From the NCBI RefSeq assembly GCF_009914755.1, contig NC_060947.1: 64,000 nt of DNA; one strand, written 5' to 3'. Both the position numbers and the translations under genes were made by a program. Shown in pieces: positions 13,123-23,590 of the stretch (its first letter is position 1; each line of letters opens with the position of its first letter). This DNA comes from the human T2T-CHM13v2.0 reference genome, Homo sapiens. The notes below the pieces were generated by a model that worked only from the letters and a program-made list of their open reading frames with translations, did no database searches and had not been told where the DNA came from.

Positions 13123-13609
13123 ACCCCTCCCATCTCCAGGACTTAAAAAACACAAAGATGAGCTAACAGTTCCAAATGGACACAGGAACTGTAAGAGACG
13201 GGAGTGCTCCCTTGTCTCTGGACTCCAGACAAAATTAGTGGATGCCAGGGAAACTTCATGGCCTGTTTCATAGCTCCTCCTAAATAATGAGCCTTATACT
13301 ACCTAGAATGACTGGGGCAGAGCAATAGCAGTCCTCTTTTGCCCTGTCGCAAACTGAAGGCTCTGTGTTCCTCGTCAGAAGGTCAAGATCTAAGCACAAT
13401 CTGGGGTCTTGCAAAGTCACCAATTCACGTTCATCAGAAGTCCTTAGAAGACAGGGCATTCCACATTTGTTCATCCCTTTAACAAATATTTATGCAGCAA
13501 TTGCTGCTAGTCAGGGTCTGGGAGATACAGAAGGAGTGTGTGTGAGTTCAGCCTGGTCAGGCTGTTGCTAGACGGAACCCTACCAACTTCTTCCATTTTA
13601 CATGGAAGC

Positions 13610-14278
13610 TTGCATCTCCTCCTGCCTGGATGAAGCCAAAGTCTGCTAAACGGGCTCCCCACCTTCAGTTCAGCCTCATCTGCTTCACCCTCCATCCCGG
13701 GAGCAGTGTTATCCTTCTGAAATATAAAACTATGTGGCCCTCCCCTGCTCAATAACCTTCTGTAGCTTCACTTTGCCTATGGAGTAGAGTACACATTTCA
13801 GATTTTATATGCTCCCAAGGGCTCTCAAGTTTGGCTCTTTTCCCATCCTTCTCTTCCCCTTCCCATTAGGTGGTTTGTACTCCCTCAAACACTCCATATT
13901 CTTTCAGTCCCCCTGCCCTTTTTTTTTTTTTTTGCACTTCCTGTTCCCTAGGCCTAAATCTCACTTATGACTTTAGCCAAACTCTATTCATTGTTGAGCA
14001 CACTTAGGCAGAATGTCACCCTCTTCCATGAAGTTTTCCTCACCCCACTTCTGTACCTCCAACAGTACCAACAACCATGTCCTCTAAATCCCTTACTAAC
14101 GTCACACATATGACAAATTCAATATTGATCACACTATGTTGTCATTGCTTCTCTCAAAAGACTATGAGCCTGTAGAAAGCAGGGACATTGCCATTTTGTT
14201 CATCTTCGTACCCTGCTGTGGGCCTAAGATAATGCCCGGGACACTACATTTGTAAGAAATGTTTGAGAATGACTGCAT
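13610..14278 (+). mobile_element. L2 3' region
   Basis: TGCCTGGA...CTCCCCTGCTCAATAACCTTC...AAGCAGGGACATTG...AAATGTTTGAGAATGACTG typical decayed L2 tail. Confidence 0.7.
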
Positions 14279-14917
14279 GGTCCCATGAAAGCCAGAAGGA
14301 AATTCAGCCCTTTCTCTCTGGTAATTGGCACCACTGCTGACATAAGATTGGCTCCACACTCCTGCATGGAAATGTCAGCTTGGGCTGTCCTCTGCAGCTT
14401 CCTTCCGTTTCAGGGCTCCCAGCAGTTGTCTCCCCAACTTTAGAGCCGAGATCTGGAGGTTGCCCTGGCATAGGAGGCCAGTAGGGTGCTGCGATCTGTC
14501 AGGAGCCAGAGCTGAGCAGATGGATGTTCATTTCCCTGGGGTGCATTCATGCTGCTCCCATGGGACTCCACTGACACAAGGTGGCAGGAAGCTGATCACA
14601 TTGCAAGCCCTCATAGGTATTCACAGGGAGTCTTCAATGCTGATGGTCACAAGGAGATTCAAGACAGGGAAAGAATCAGATCAAGGTGCCTTATACCCAG
14701 AGAAGCTGAGATGGCATTCACAGGGAGAGATGTCTCAGAAGGGACAACTCAAGGAGTTCTCTACTGGCAGGCATCCAGGGAAGAGAGGGGAGGATGAGTC
14801 AATATTATAGCTGCTCAGCTAAAGCCAGCAGCCACTTAATTCTACCAGAGAGCTGGTGGCAGTGCTGGCCTGAACCATCTTTGATCGCTCTCAAACTAAA
14901 ACAAACAAACAAACAAT

Positions 14918-15038
14918 GCAACACTTTGGGAGGCCAAGGCAGGAGGATTGCTTGAGGCCAGGAGTTGGAGACCTGCCTGGGCAACATAGCAAGACCCATC
15001 TCTATAAAAATAAATAAGTAAATAAATAAAACAAAAAA
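14918..15038 (+). mobile_element. FLAM/AluJ left-monomer fragment
   Basis: CACTTTGGGAGGCCAAGGCAGGAGGATTGCTTGAGGCCAGGAGTT...CTGGGCAACATAGCAAGACC plus A-rich tail. Confidence 0.9.
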
Positions 15039-15127
15039 CCCTCACTCAACCCCAAATCCATCACACATCTTTCTGTACTTCTGCAAGGTATAGGCCAGAA
15101 TGTTTCATTCTAGAGAGACCTGGGCTT

Positions 15128-15372
15128 TATAAATATTTACTATGGACCAGGCACAATGCTATGTGTTTTCTGTGCATCATCTCAATTAATCTTCATAACA
15201 AACCCTGGTTGATAAGTATTATAATTATCCCCCATTTTACAGATGAGAAATTGGACGCTCAATGAGGTGAACTTGGCCATCTTCGTACAGTTGGCAAGGA
15301 GCAGAACTGGGATTCTTACCAGGTTTATAGGACTCCATGATCTGTGTTTGGAACTTCCACATGATGCCACTG
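15128..15372 (-). mobile_element. MIR
   Basis: Core TTATCCCCATTTTACAGATGAGAAA. Confidence 0.85.
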
Positions 15373-15404
15373 AGAGTACAATGGCTTCCCTGATGTTCAC
15401 GTGA

Positions 15405-15585
15405 AGAGGCAGCAGAGTATAGAAATGAGGCAGGGGCCCTGATTCCTGGTACTTGGCCACCAACTAGTTGTGTGGCTGTGGATAAAGCATCCAATCTTTC
15501 TGGACCTCAGTAATTTCCTTGATAGGCAAGTGCGAGGGTTGGACTGAATGATCTCTAAACCTCCTTTAGATCTAGCATTCTAGTA
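15405..15585 (+). mobile_element. MIR3-like SINE
   Basis: CTGGACCTCAGT...GGGTTGGACTGAATGATCTCTAA...TCTAGCATTCTA. Confidence 0.65.
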
Positions 15586-15934
15586 CTCCATAGTGGAATC
15601 ACATTTTCTTAGATGCATGGCCATCATGGGTGGGTATCCTTGCTCTTAGAAAAGACTGACTGGTGGGAAATGAAACTGAGCTTAAGCAGGTGGCATATCC
15701 CTGAGTCATGATATGAAGGGGGGCTTTAGTTGTCATTTGGAGGCTGTTGAATAAAGCTGCCTAGAGGACCAGATTTTTAGTCCCCTTCACACATTCTGGT
15801 TGTCAAGTATTAAGCCCCTCGGGTTGGGTCTGCCCGTTTCAGGCTGTGAACTTCTGAGGATGGTAATTTTCTTTAAATTGCTGTCTATAAATCCCAGCAA
15901 GTTTCACAAATGGACAGTGTTTCAATTATGACTA

Positions 15935-17015
15935 CTGTATTTAAAAATGTCCCCAAACTTGGTGACATAAATCAACACTTTTATTATGCCTATGGATGGA
16001 TTCTGTGAGTCAGTAATTCAAACAGGACACAGTAGGGATGGTTTGCATCTGCTCCTTGTTGTTTGGGATCTAAGTTAGGAAGACTCAATGATTAGAGGTA
16101 ACTGAATGGCTGGGGGCTGGAATCTCCCGGAGGAGTCTTCACTCACAGGTCCAGCAGTTGATCTGGCTGTTGGCTGGGACATCCACTGGGTCTGTTTATC
16201 AGAACACATTACTTCTTCATGTAACTTCTTGGGCTTCCTCACACTATGGTGGCCTGAGGGTAGTCGGAATACTTCTTTTTTTTAATAGTGTGTAAAGACT
16301 AATGGCATTTAATTCATATGTATCATGCTTTGGGATAATTTTTCTTTTTTATTATACTTTAAGTTCTGGGATACATGTGCAGAACGTGCAGGTTTGTTAC
16401 ATAGGTGCCATATGCCATGGTGGTTTGCTGCATCCATCAACCCGTCATCTACATTAGTTATTTCTCCTAATACTAACCCTGCCCTACCCTCCCAACCCAC
16501 AGACAGGCCTCAGCGTGTGATGTTCCCTTCCCTGCATCCATGTGTTTTCATTGTTCAAGTCCCACTTATGAGTGAGAACATGCAGTGTTTGGTTTTCTGT
16601 TCCTGTGTTAGTTTGCTGAGGATGATGGTTTCCAGCTTCATCCATGTCCCTACAAAGGACATGAACTCATCCTTTTTTATTGCTGCATAGTATTCCATGG
16701 TGTACCCAAAGGATTATAAATCATTCTGCTATAAAGACACATGCACACGTATGTTTATTGCAGCACTGTTCACAATAGCAAAGACTTGGAACCAACCCAA
16801 ATGCCCATCAGTGATAGAATGGAATTCTTTCATAGTAGTTCAAGATCTAAGTGTGAGTGTCCCAGAAACTGAAGAATAAGCTGTATTGCCTTTTGTGACT
16901 TAATTTCATAAGTTATTTCCACTTCATTCTATTGACTACAAGTGAGTCATTACGGCCAGATAAGATTCAAGGGAAGAGGACATGAACTCTTACCTCTAAA
17001 AGGGAGGAGCATCAA
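15935..17015 (-). mobile_element. MLT1 (F/G/H-type) LTR split by an L1 insertion (LTR parts ~15935-16275 and ~16824-17015)
   Basis: CCCCAAACTTGGTG...GGCTGGGGGCTGGAATC...GGGCTTCCTCAC...GGGTAGTCGG; resumes CATAGTAGTTCAAG...AGATTCAAGGGAAGAGG. Confidence 0.75.
16276..16823 (-). mobile_element. L1PA (PA7/8-like) insertion with 5' inversion and 3' transduction
   Basis: L1 3'UTR on minus strand 16339-16704; plus-strand ORF2 segment 16703-16823 (YPKDYKSFCYKDTCTRMFIAALFTIAKTWNQPKCPS); extra unique tag 16284-16338 and second poly(T) 16276-16283. Confidence 0.93.
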
Positions 17016-17039
17016 AACTGGCATAGCATTTTCATTGTT

Positions 17040-17165
17040 GTATAGGGCAGGGACTGTGTCTTAGTTATCTCTGAATCCCTACAATCTAGCATAGGGAATG
17101 ATAAAGAATAGATGCTCAAAGAGCGACTGGTGATAAAGCAGTGCATAAGTGAGTGATTGAAGGAA
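17040..17165 (+). mobile_element. L2 3' terminal fragment
   Basis: GGGCAGGGACTGTGTCTT...TCTAGCATAG...TAGATGCTCAAA. Confidence 0.6.
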
Positions 17166-17539
17166 AATGTATCCCATTGAAGAGTGTCTTGTTGAGAAGT
17201 ATAGGCATTTATTCTACCTATTTTTTTGTTTGCATTGTCTTCGCTTTGGTATTTCAAGGGTAAAATAAACCATGATTTGTGAATGACATGCAGAGTGGAA
17301 AAAAAAGTTCAATTGCATTATGGTAGCTTCACCTTTAAAGAGGATTCTATGCTCATTAATTCTTCCTCAGTCCCATATGGTCTTCTGTGTTGGGGTGTCT
17401 TCCATGTTTTTCAACAAAATGGTTCAGAAATCAGGTTCTACCAGAACCAACTGAACATTTTGTAGTGAGGTCTGAGCTGACCTCCCCAACCTGCCCACCC
17501 AGCTCTATGTCTGTGTTCTCCTAGTTAGTTGAGTTCTAG

Positions 17540-17760
17540 CCTTCCCCTCTCCTCCCCTGCCCCTTCTCCTGCCTCTCCCCTCCTCTTGTGGGAGGAGTGA
17601 CCCCTTGCCCCTACCCCACCCCTTACTCCTTCTGCCCTTCTCCCTAACACCCTCTTCTTTTTTTACTCTCATGTTCCCTCCCCTGCTCCTTCCCCTCCCT
17701 CTCCTCCTCCTGCTGTCTCTCCTTTCCCCTCCCCTACTCTCCCTCACTCCCTGTTCCTCC
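17540..17760 (+). repeat. CT-rich low-complexity polypyrimidine tract
   Basis: ~220 bp dominated by C/T with many CCC runs. Confidence 0.9.
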
Positions 17761-18197
17761 CACAATGTCATCACCTCTAGCTTGGGGTTGAGAATATCTT
17801 CAGGATTGTCAGAAGAGTCAAGGGGAAGCCAAGCCACCTCTGCCCCCAGCACCAAACCAGGAGAATGTCCAGGACCATCAGCCCCTGGACTTCTCCTCAT
17901 TGGTTTGGTATATGGCTTTTCATCAATTTATGGGCACCAAGTTATGATGTCACACAAAAGGCTTAAAGCTCCTTTGGCTGTTTCAAACTAGCATGCAAAG
18001 CCCAAAATTACAGAAACACGACAGAAAATAAGTCTTTAAGAAGAAAAACCATGACAATGGGAATTTGCCATTCCCAAATTAACATTTGGAAAATACTAGT
18101 CACACTTATGCCAGCAGAGACCTCAGAGAGCATCTTGCTCAGCTCCTCATTTAACAAACAGGGAGTTAAGAGCCAAAGAGGAAGAGCTATAACAACA

Positions 18198-18428
18198 ACC
18201 AGCATTTACTAGGTACTGATTCTGCCCCAGGAACTTTCTTATTTTATGACAGTTGTGCAACAATCAGATGAGTTGAAATCATTAACCCCGTTTCTAAGAT
18301 AAAGAGACAAAAGCTCAGAGAGGGTCAGTAAGTTCCGCAAGGATACACAGCCAGAAAATAGGAGAGTAGGGATTTAAACCCAGTATCTAGGATGAGTCCC
18401 CAAACTGTGTTCTTAACCATTAGGCTGA
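18198..18428 (-). mobile_element. MIR
   Basis: AGCATTTACT...GCTCAGAGAGGGTCAGTAA...GGGATTTAAACCCAG...TTCTTAACCA. Confidence 0.75.
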
Positions 18429-18679
18429 ACTGTATCTCTAAGTGATTTTTTATTACCCTCCCTTTCCCCAGATCACACATATTGCTAATGGTTAGATTAA
18501 TTTCAGAACAGTAAGTTGAGCAGTGCCTGAAATTGAACAAGTGATGCTACAGTTCAAGTCAAAGTCAAAGTCAGACTTCATTAAACTGAATTCAAGTAGA
18601 AAGGACTCAGGGCAGAGATCTTAAGAGGCTTAGAGGATGGTTGTTTGCAGGGACAACTACGAGCTTAGGGTCAGCAAAG

Positions 18680-18915
18680 ACCACATGGTTCAATGACTTT
18701 AAGACTTAAACTGGAAATCAGTCTTTCATTCAACACTAGCTCTGATTCTTCTTAGCTTAACCTCTGCACCTAGTTTCCTTCATCTGTAAAACGAGAGATG
18801 GTAATAGTATCTGCCTGATAGAATAGATGTGAAAGACCAGTAAGATTCACAAACGTAAGGTTCTCAGAATTGTCTGACACGTAACAAATTCTTCATAAGA
18901 ATTTGTTCTGTTATT
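18680..18915 (+). mobile_element. MIR
   Basis: CTTAACCTCTGCACCTAGTTTCCTTCATCTGTAAAACGAGAGATGGTAATAGTATCT. Confidence 0.75.
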
Positions 18916-19269
18916 ACTCAATAATATCTCCATGGCCTAATAATTTCCAGGGACTAACATAGTTCCTAACACATGGAAGGTGTTCAATAAATTGTTGCTA
19001 AATAAATGAAGAGAAATGTATTAGTAGCTCTAATAATATTCATCTGTTCTTCATCCTCTCAAAACAGAAAACATGAAAAAATGAGTTTCTCCTTTACTTT
19101 ACCTTACAGTCTTTCCATATGTTGAAGCCTCATTCTTCAGTGATTAAAACCACTTTTCCTTGGCAAAGGCTGGAGGATCCTGAGGACCAGCTGTTTTCCA
19201 CTTTTTCTGAGGCCCATTTTACCAAAAAAAAAAAAAAAAAAAAGACATCTTAAAGATGTAGAAGACACA

Positions 19270-19818
19270 GCCTCAGGACCCTTTCAGTTACAACTGTCAA
19301 AAACCCAACTCAAATGGGAAGAAGCAAAGAGGTGAAAGTATAGAATCAATTAAAAACTACAAGGATGACTTCAGGCATGGCTAAATCCAGGAGTTCAAAT
19401 GATGTCAGCAGGACTTGGTTTTGTTCCATCTCCTCGCTCTGCCTTCTTCAATGATGGTGCTATTCTTAAGCACATTCTCTCCTATAATAGCAAGATGGCT
19501 GCCAGCAGCTTCAGATTTATATCCTCACAACTCCAAAACCAGGGGAACTAAAACACTTATTTTTATGACAACTCCAGCCAAAGTCCCAGTTTGACTGGAC
19601 CAACTTGGGTCAGGTGTTCATTCCTAAACCAATCACTGAATCACTATGGCTCTAGGAATGGAACACTTTGATTTTCTAGGCTTCATATGTGTGTCCTCCT
19701 CCTTGATTCCAACGGACAGAGTTAGCTCCAGACAAACTATATAGACTAAGACTGGGATGGTGTTACCAAAGGAAGGGAAGGTGGATTGAACAGCCACAAT
19801 CGACAAACTTCCATGACA
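19270..19818 (-). mobile_element. MLT1K-like MaLR LTR
   Basis: CAAAAACCCAACTCAAA...TCAGGCATGGCTAAATCCAGG...CAAGATGGCTGCCAGCAGCT...AAACCAATCACTG. Confidence 0.75.
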
Positions 19819-19945
19819 AACATCTACAAGGTAGGGATGGCTAGCAAGTGCATAGCTTGCTTCTTAAAGGGTTGTAGATATGCATCCCCATTTTACCTAA
19901 AGCTTTCTCATGATTCACACCCCCAACCCTCCCTCCAGCTATAAG

Positions 19946-20752
19946 GCAGTGATTTTCAAAACTTTCCACCTCCACCTCCAGCAAAAAAAATAAAATTCAT
20001 ATTAAAAACGAGTATCCATATGAACTGAACTGAAACAAATGCTTCATCAAACAATATTTATTTTTCACTACCTGCAATGCACTTTGATAGTTTTTGTTCT
20101 GTTCTATTCTACTCTAGTTTAATTGAATATATTCCATTATGTTCCCTCCCTTCCACCCCATTCCATTTTATTGTTGTAGTTATTAGTCAGGGCAATGCTT
20201 GCTAGCTGCTGAAACAAACAGCCCCTAAATCTCAGTGATTTAACAAAAGTGTATTTCTTGTTCATGTTGTAGCCTGATCCTTATTAGGAAGCTCTGCTCA
20301 ATGGCCTTCTTCCTCCTCTAGGGCTCCAGGCTCTTTCTATATCATGGTGCCACCATCTTCAACACAGGATCATGGCATAAATGGGGACAGGGAGGATAGA
20401 GGGAAAGGGAGGAGATGGGAGGGGATGAAAGGAGAGGGAAACGGAGGGGAAGGGAGAGGATAGGAGAGAATCACTCGGGAGGATTTATAGTTAGGCTTGT
20501 AAGTGGCTTCTACCACTTTTGCCTGTACTCTGCTGGCCAGAAACTAGTCACGTGTCTCCAGCTGCAAGGGCCACAGGGAAACATGGTCTGAGCACCCAAA
20601 AAGAGGAAATGGGATTGATGGACATCAATCTATATTCACAGTCTATGTCACAGGATTTTATTCAAGTTTGTTGAGAAAAAGAACATGATGGTCCCACTAC
20701 GTGGAATTCAGGACTCTCTAGTGGATGCAATTCCTTAGTTTGAAAAACCTTG
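19946..20752. mobile_element. MER112-like hAT-Charlie element, split by MLT1J
   Basis: CAGTGATTTTCAAAACTTT...AACTGAAACAAA...TGCAATGCACTTTGATA...TTCTATTCTA; 3' part CCCACTA...AGTTTGAAAAAC. Confidence 0.6.
20178..20651 (-). mobile_element. MLT1J-like LTR with internal GA-rich expansion
   Basis: TATTAGTCAGGG...AAACAGCCCCTAAATCTCAGTGATTTAACA...TGGCCAGAAACTAGTCACGTG...TGTCACA end. Confidence 0.75.
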
Positions 20753-21469
20753 CCCTACCAACCTGCCTTGGTTTTTCTACCTTGCAGACCAAGGCTTTTT
20801 TTGCTCCTGTCTTTCTATTCTCATCTGTCTGTCATGGCACGTGAATTCATCATCCCTGGTGAGGAGATCCTGACCACCTTCCCACACGCCTTCCTCAAAC
20901 CTGTCTCTGACTCTGCCTGAGAACCCTGAATTCCTTGAGCCACTCTGTGGCTACTATGGCAGCCATGAGCCATGACTCCTATCTCCTGCCTCAAATTGTC
21001 CTTCTCCATCTCTCTTATCCTATCTGGCTACTCTCTTACCCTTGCCCAGCCCAGGGGACTATAGTGACAGAGATGGTAAATGAGACCAGGGTCCGTGGGG
21101 CAGCTAGCCACCCCTCCAACTCCAGGGCTCTGCCCTGGGCTGGCTCCAGCGTCTGTCTATGTCAGGACTGAAGTAATTGAGCCAGCCAGGCATGTAATAA
21201 GATAGCTCTTTTACCCCCTGCTACTATGGTGAGTGGCTGTGGAATCTGATTCTAGCAGCATCTTTATCTCCGCAATTAGGCTTCGGGGTTCATTATTTAA
21301 AAAGCACTGGCCAGTAGCACAGAGCAAGTCAGTTAGCTTAGAGGGGAACTGGCCCTTTAATCCAAGCCGTGAGGAGGCCAGGATCTTGGATTTCTCAGTT
21401 AAAAGACCTTCTGGTTCTGGAAGAACTGCAAGCTGACTGCTCTTCAGGTTGATAAACAATTTTAGTCCA

Positions 21470-21680
21470 TACTTAAATGGTGATCACCATGTGCCACACA
21501 CTGGTAGGAGTGCTTTATAATATTAATTCACTTAAGCCTCACAGAAACTCCATAGGTGAGGAAATTAAGGCCCCAAAACAGTAAAGATCTGCCCATGTCA
21601 CACAACTAAACAAAAGCAGAGCCAGGATTGGCAGATCCAGGCTCCAGACACTACCCTTTTGACCACTAAGTTACTGTACC
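21470..21680 (-). mobile_element. MIR
   Basis: CCATGTGCCA...GGTGAGGAAATTAAGGCCC...GTCACACAACT. Confidence 0.65.
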
Positions 21681-21862
21681 CATGAGAATAAATTGTATTT
21701 GTATATAATATTTATATGCTGCTTACAGTTTTTGAAATGCTTTTACATACTTTTCTGACCGTCACAAGAACCCTGTGATCCAGTTATGATTATTTTGATG
21801 AGAAAAAGATCCCATTTTAACATTGAGAAAATTGAGGCTCCAAGGAATTCAGTAAGATTCCC

Positions 21863-22265
21863 AAGTAGTAGCACTTTGGAGCCAGCTTACTCCAACTTCC
21901 TCAGGCTGATGGTTCAATCATCAGGAACTTTGTAAGCCAATTACAAACCATGGTTATTATTTAAAATTAAATTATATAAATTTATAACTTAAAAACTCTA
22001 TTCAAAACAAAGGTAATAAATACCCAGAACTCATCACTTTCTAATTCTTTTCCTACATTTTACTATTATCAAGGCACTTGAGGCCATCTGTAACTCTATC
22101 GTATCTGTACGGTGGAAATAATGTTTCACGGGCACTTTAGTGACATCACATTGATAGATTGAAGTTAGCTACAGTGGTGGTATCTACACTTGGGAAATCA
22201 GCAAATTCTGTGGCTCTTCCTGCCCCATGAGAGCTTGTTGTTGATTATTTCCCAGCGCACCCCTG
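21863..22265. mobile_element. MER63B-like hAT-Blackjack element
   Basis: TGGAGCCAGCTTACT...AAAATTAAATTATATAAA...AAAACAAAGGTAATAAATAC...GAAATCAGCAAA...CCAGCGCACCCCTG. Confidence 0.75.
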
Positions 22266-23024
22266 TTTCCGTGACTCTGGCCATCTCAGGTGTGTGCTCA
22301 TGTGACTTGTTTTCCTGTCCTACTCAATGTTGTATTTCCAGGGCCTCATGTGATCTCCTTCCTCTCGCATTGCTCATAAACACCCCTGCCCAGCCTCCTG
22401 AGTCTCTCTACCCCATCTCTTTGACTTGCATTTCCCAGAAGGGCTTTCCCAAACAGCCCACAGTTGCCCTCACCTGGCCTGAGTCAGCTAACACCCAGCC
22501 AGCCCAACAGCCTTCATTCCTGCCAGGTCCAAGTTCTGCCCAAGTTTTGCCTTCCCCAAGCTAAAAGACCCACCCACCTGCTTATTTGCCCTCTTAGAGG
22601 CAGGAATCAACGAGGCCCGAAAATGTTCCTGCCCCAGACTTTGCTTCCACCGTCTGACCTAGCTAGGCTGGCAAGGGGATGGTTAGTTTATCCGTGTGTG
22701 TTCTTTGGGAGCTGTTGCAGATCAAACAGTGGTCCTTCCCTAGTCCTAATGCAGAACACCCCTAAGCATGCCATGTACTCCTAACCATGCCAAATGCTCC
22801 TGCTTGCAGCCTGGACACTGACTTATGGGCATCCAAGGGGGGGTGGCAGGTGGGGATTTTAGTGAACCATCTGACACCTAATAAGCACAAAATATATGCT
22901 TGTCTTTATTCTCTCTAAAACACAGCTAGATTTGTTTTTTTCAATTAAGGATTCCCTTCCATTCACTAGCTCCTTTTCAGCCTCATGGACTTCTGGGAAT
23001 TCTGTAACATTAGCATAATATATG

Positions 23025-23225
23025 TAGGACTCATTACATGCCAGGCACTGTCCTAATCACTTGAACAATCCAAGGGGGTAGGCACTACTATCACCTCCAT
23101 TTGAAAAATGAGGAACTGAGGCATAGAGAGCTTAAGTAATTTGTCCCAAGTCACACAGCTAGTAAGGGGGAAGCCAGATCTTGCCCAAGTGCTCTGGCTT
23201 CAAAGCCTGTGCTCTTTGTGGCTTT
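23025..23225 (-). mobile_element. MIR
   Basis: TGCCAGGCACTGTCCTAA...TGAGGAACTGAGGCATAGAGAGCTTAAGTAATTTGTCCCAAGTCACACAGCTAGTAAG. Confidence 0.88.
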
Positions 23226-23469
23226 GCCGAAGTGATCTGAAATCTAACTGGTTCTCCCTCTGGGTTTCGACAGCTTTCTGTTTATACCTGGGTTAAGAAC
23301 TTACCAAGTTGCAATATCATTATCTGGTTACAAGTTTGTCTACATTCCTCCCAGCTCCTCCCCTGAGTCCTTGGAGGACGAGAACGATGTCTTATTTTTA
23401 TTTGTGCCCAGGGTCCAAGGTTGAGTCTGGCATGTGCTAAGTGGTAAACGTTAGTTAAAATGCATAGTC

Positions 23470-23590
23470 CTCCTCACTTTCCAGATGAGGAAACTGAGGC
23501 CCAGAGAGCTGACAGAGGACTGTCGAGAACCGAGGTGGCATGGCTTGAAGTCTGGTACTTGTTCTGCTCTGCCTCACTGCTCTTCTTGCT
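23470..23590 (-). mobile_element. MIR fragment
   Basis: CCAGATGAGGAAACTGAGGCCCAGAGAG core. Confidence 0.7.

Noticed and set aside
17505-17991. Overlapping Arg/Gly-rich and Leu/Pro/Ser-rich ORFs
   Set aside because: Produced by the stop-poor CT-rich low-complexity tract
18551-18573. AGTTCA-AGTCA-AAGTCA-AAGTCA resembling nuclear-receptor direct repeats
   Set aside because: More simply a short hexamer slippage repeat between two MIRs; half-sites are non-consensus
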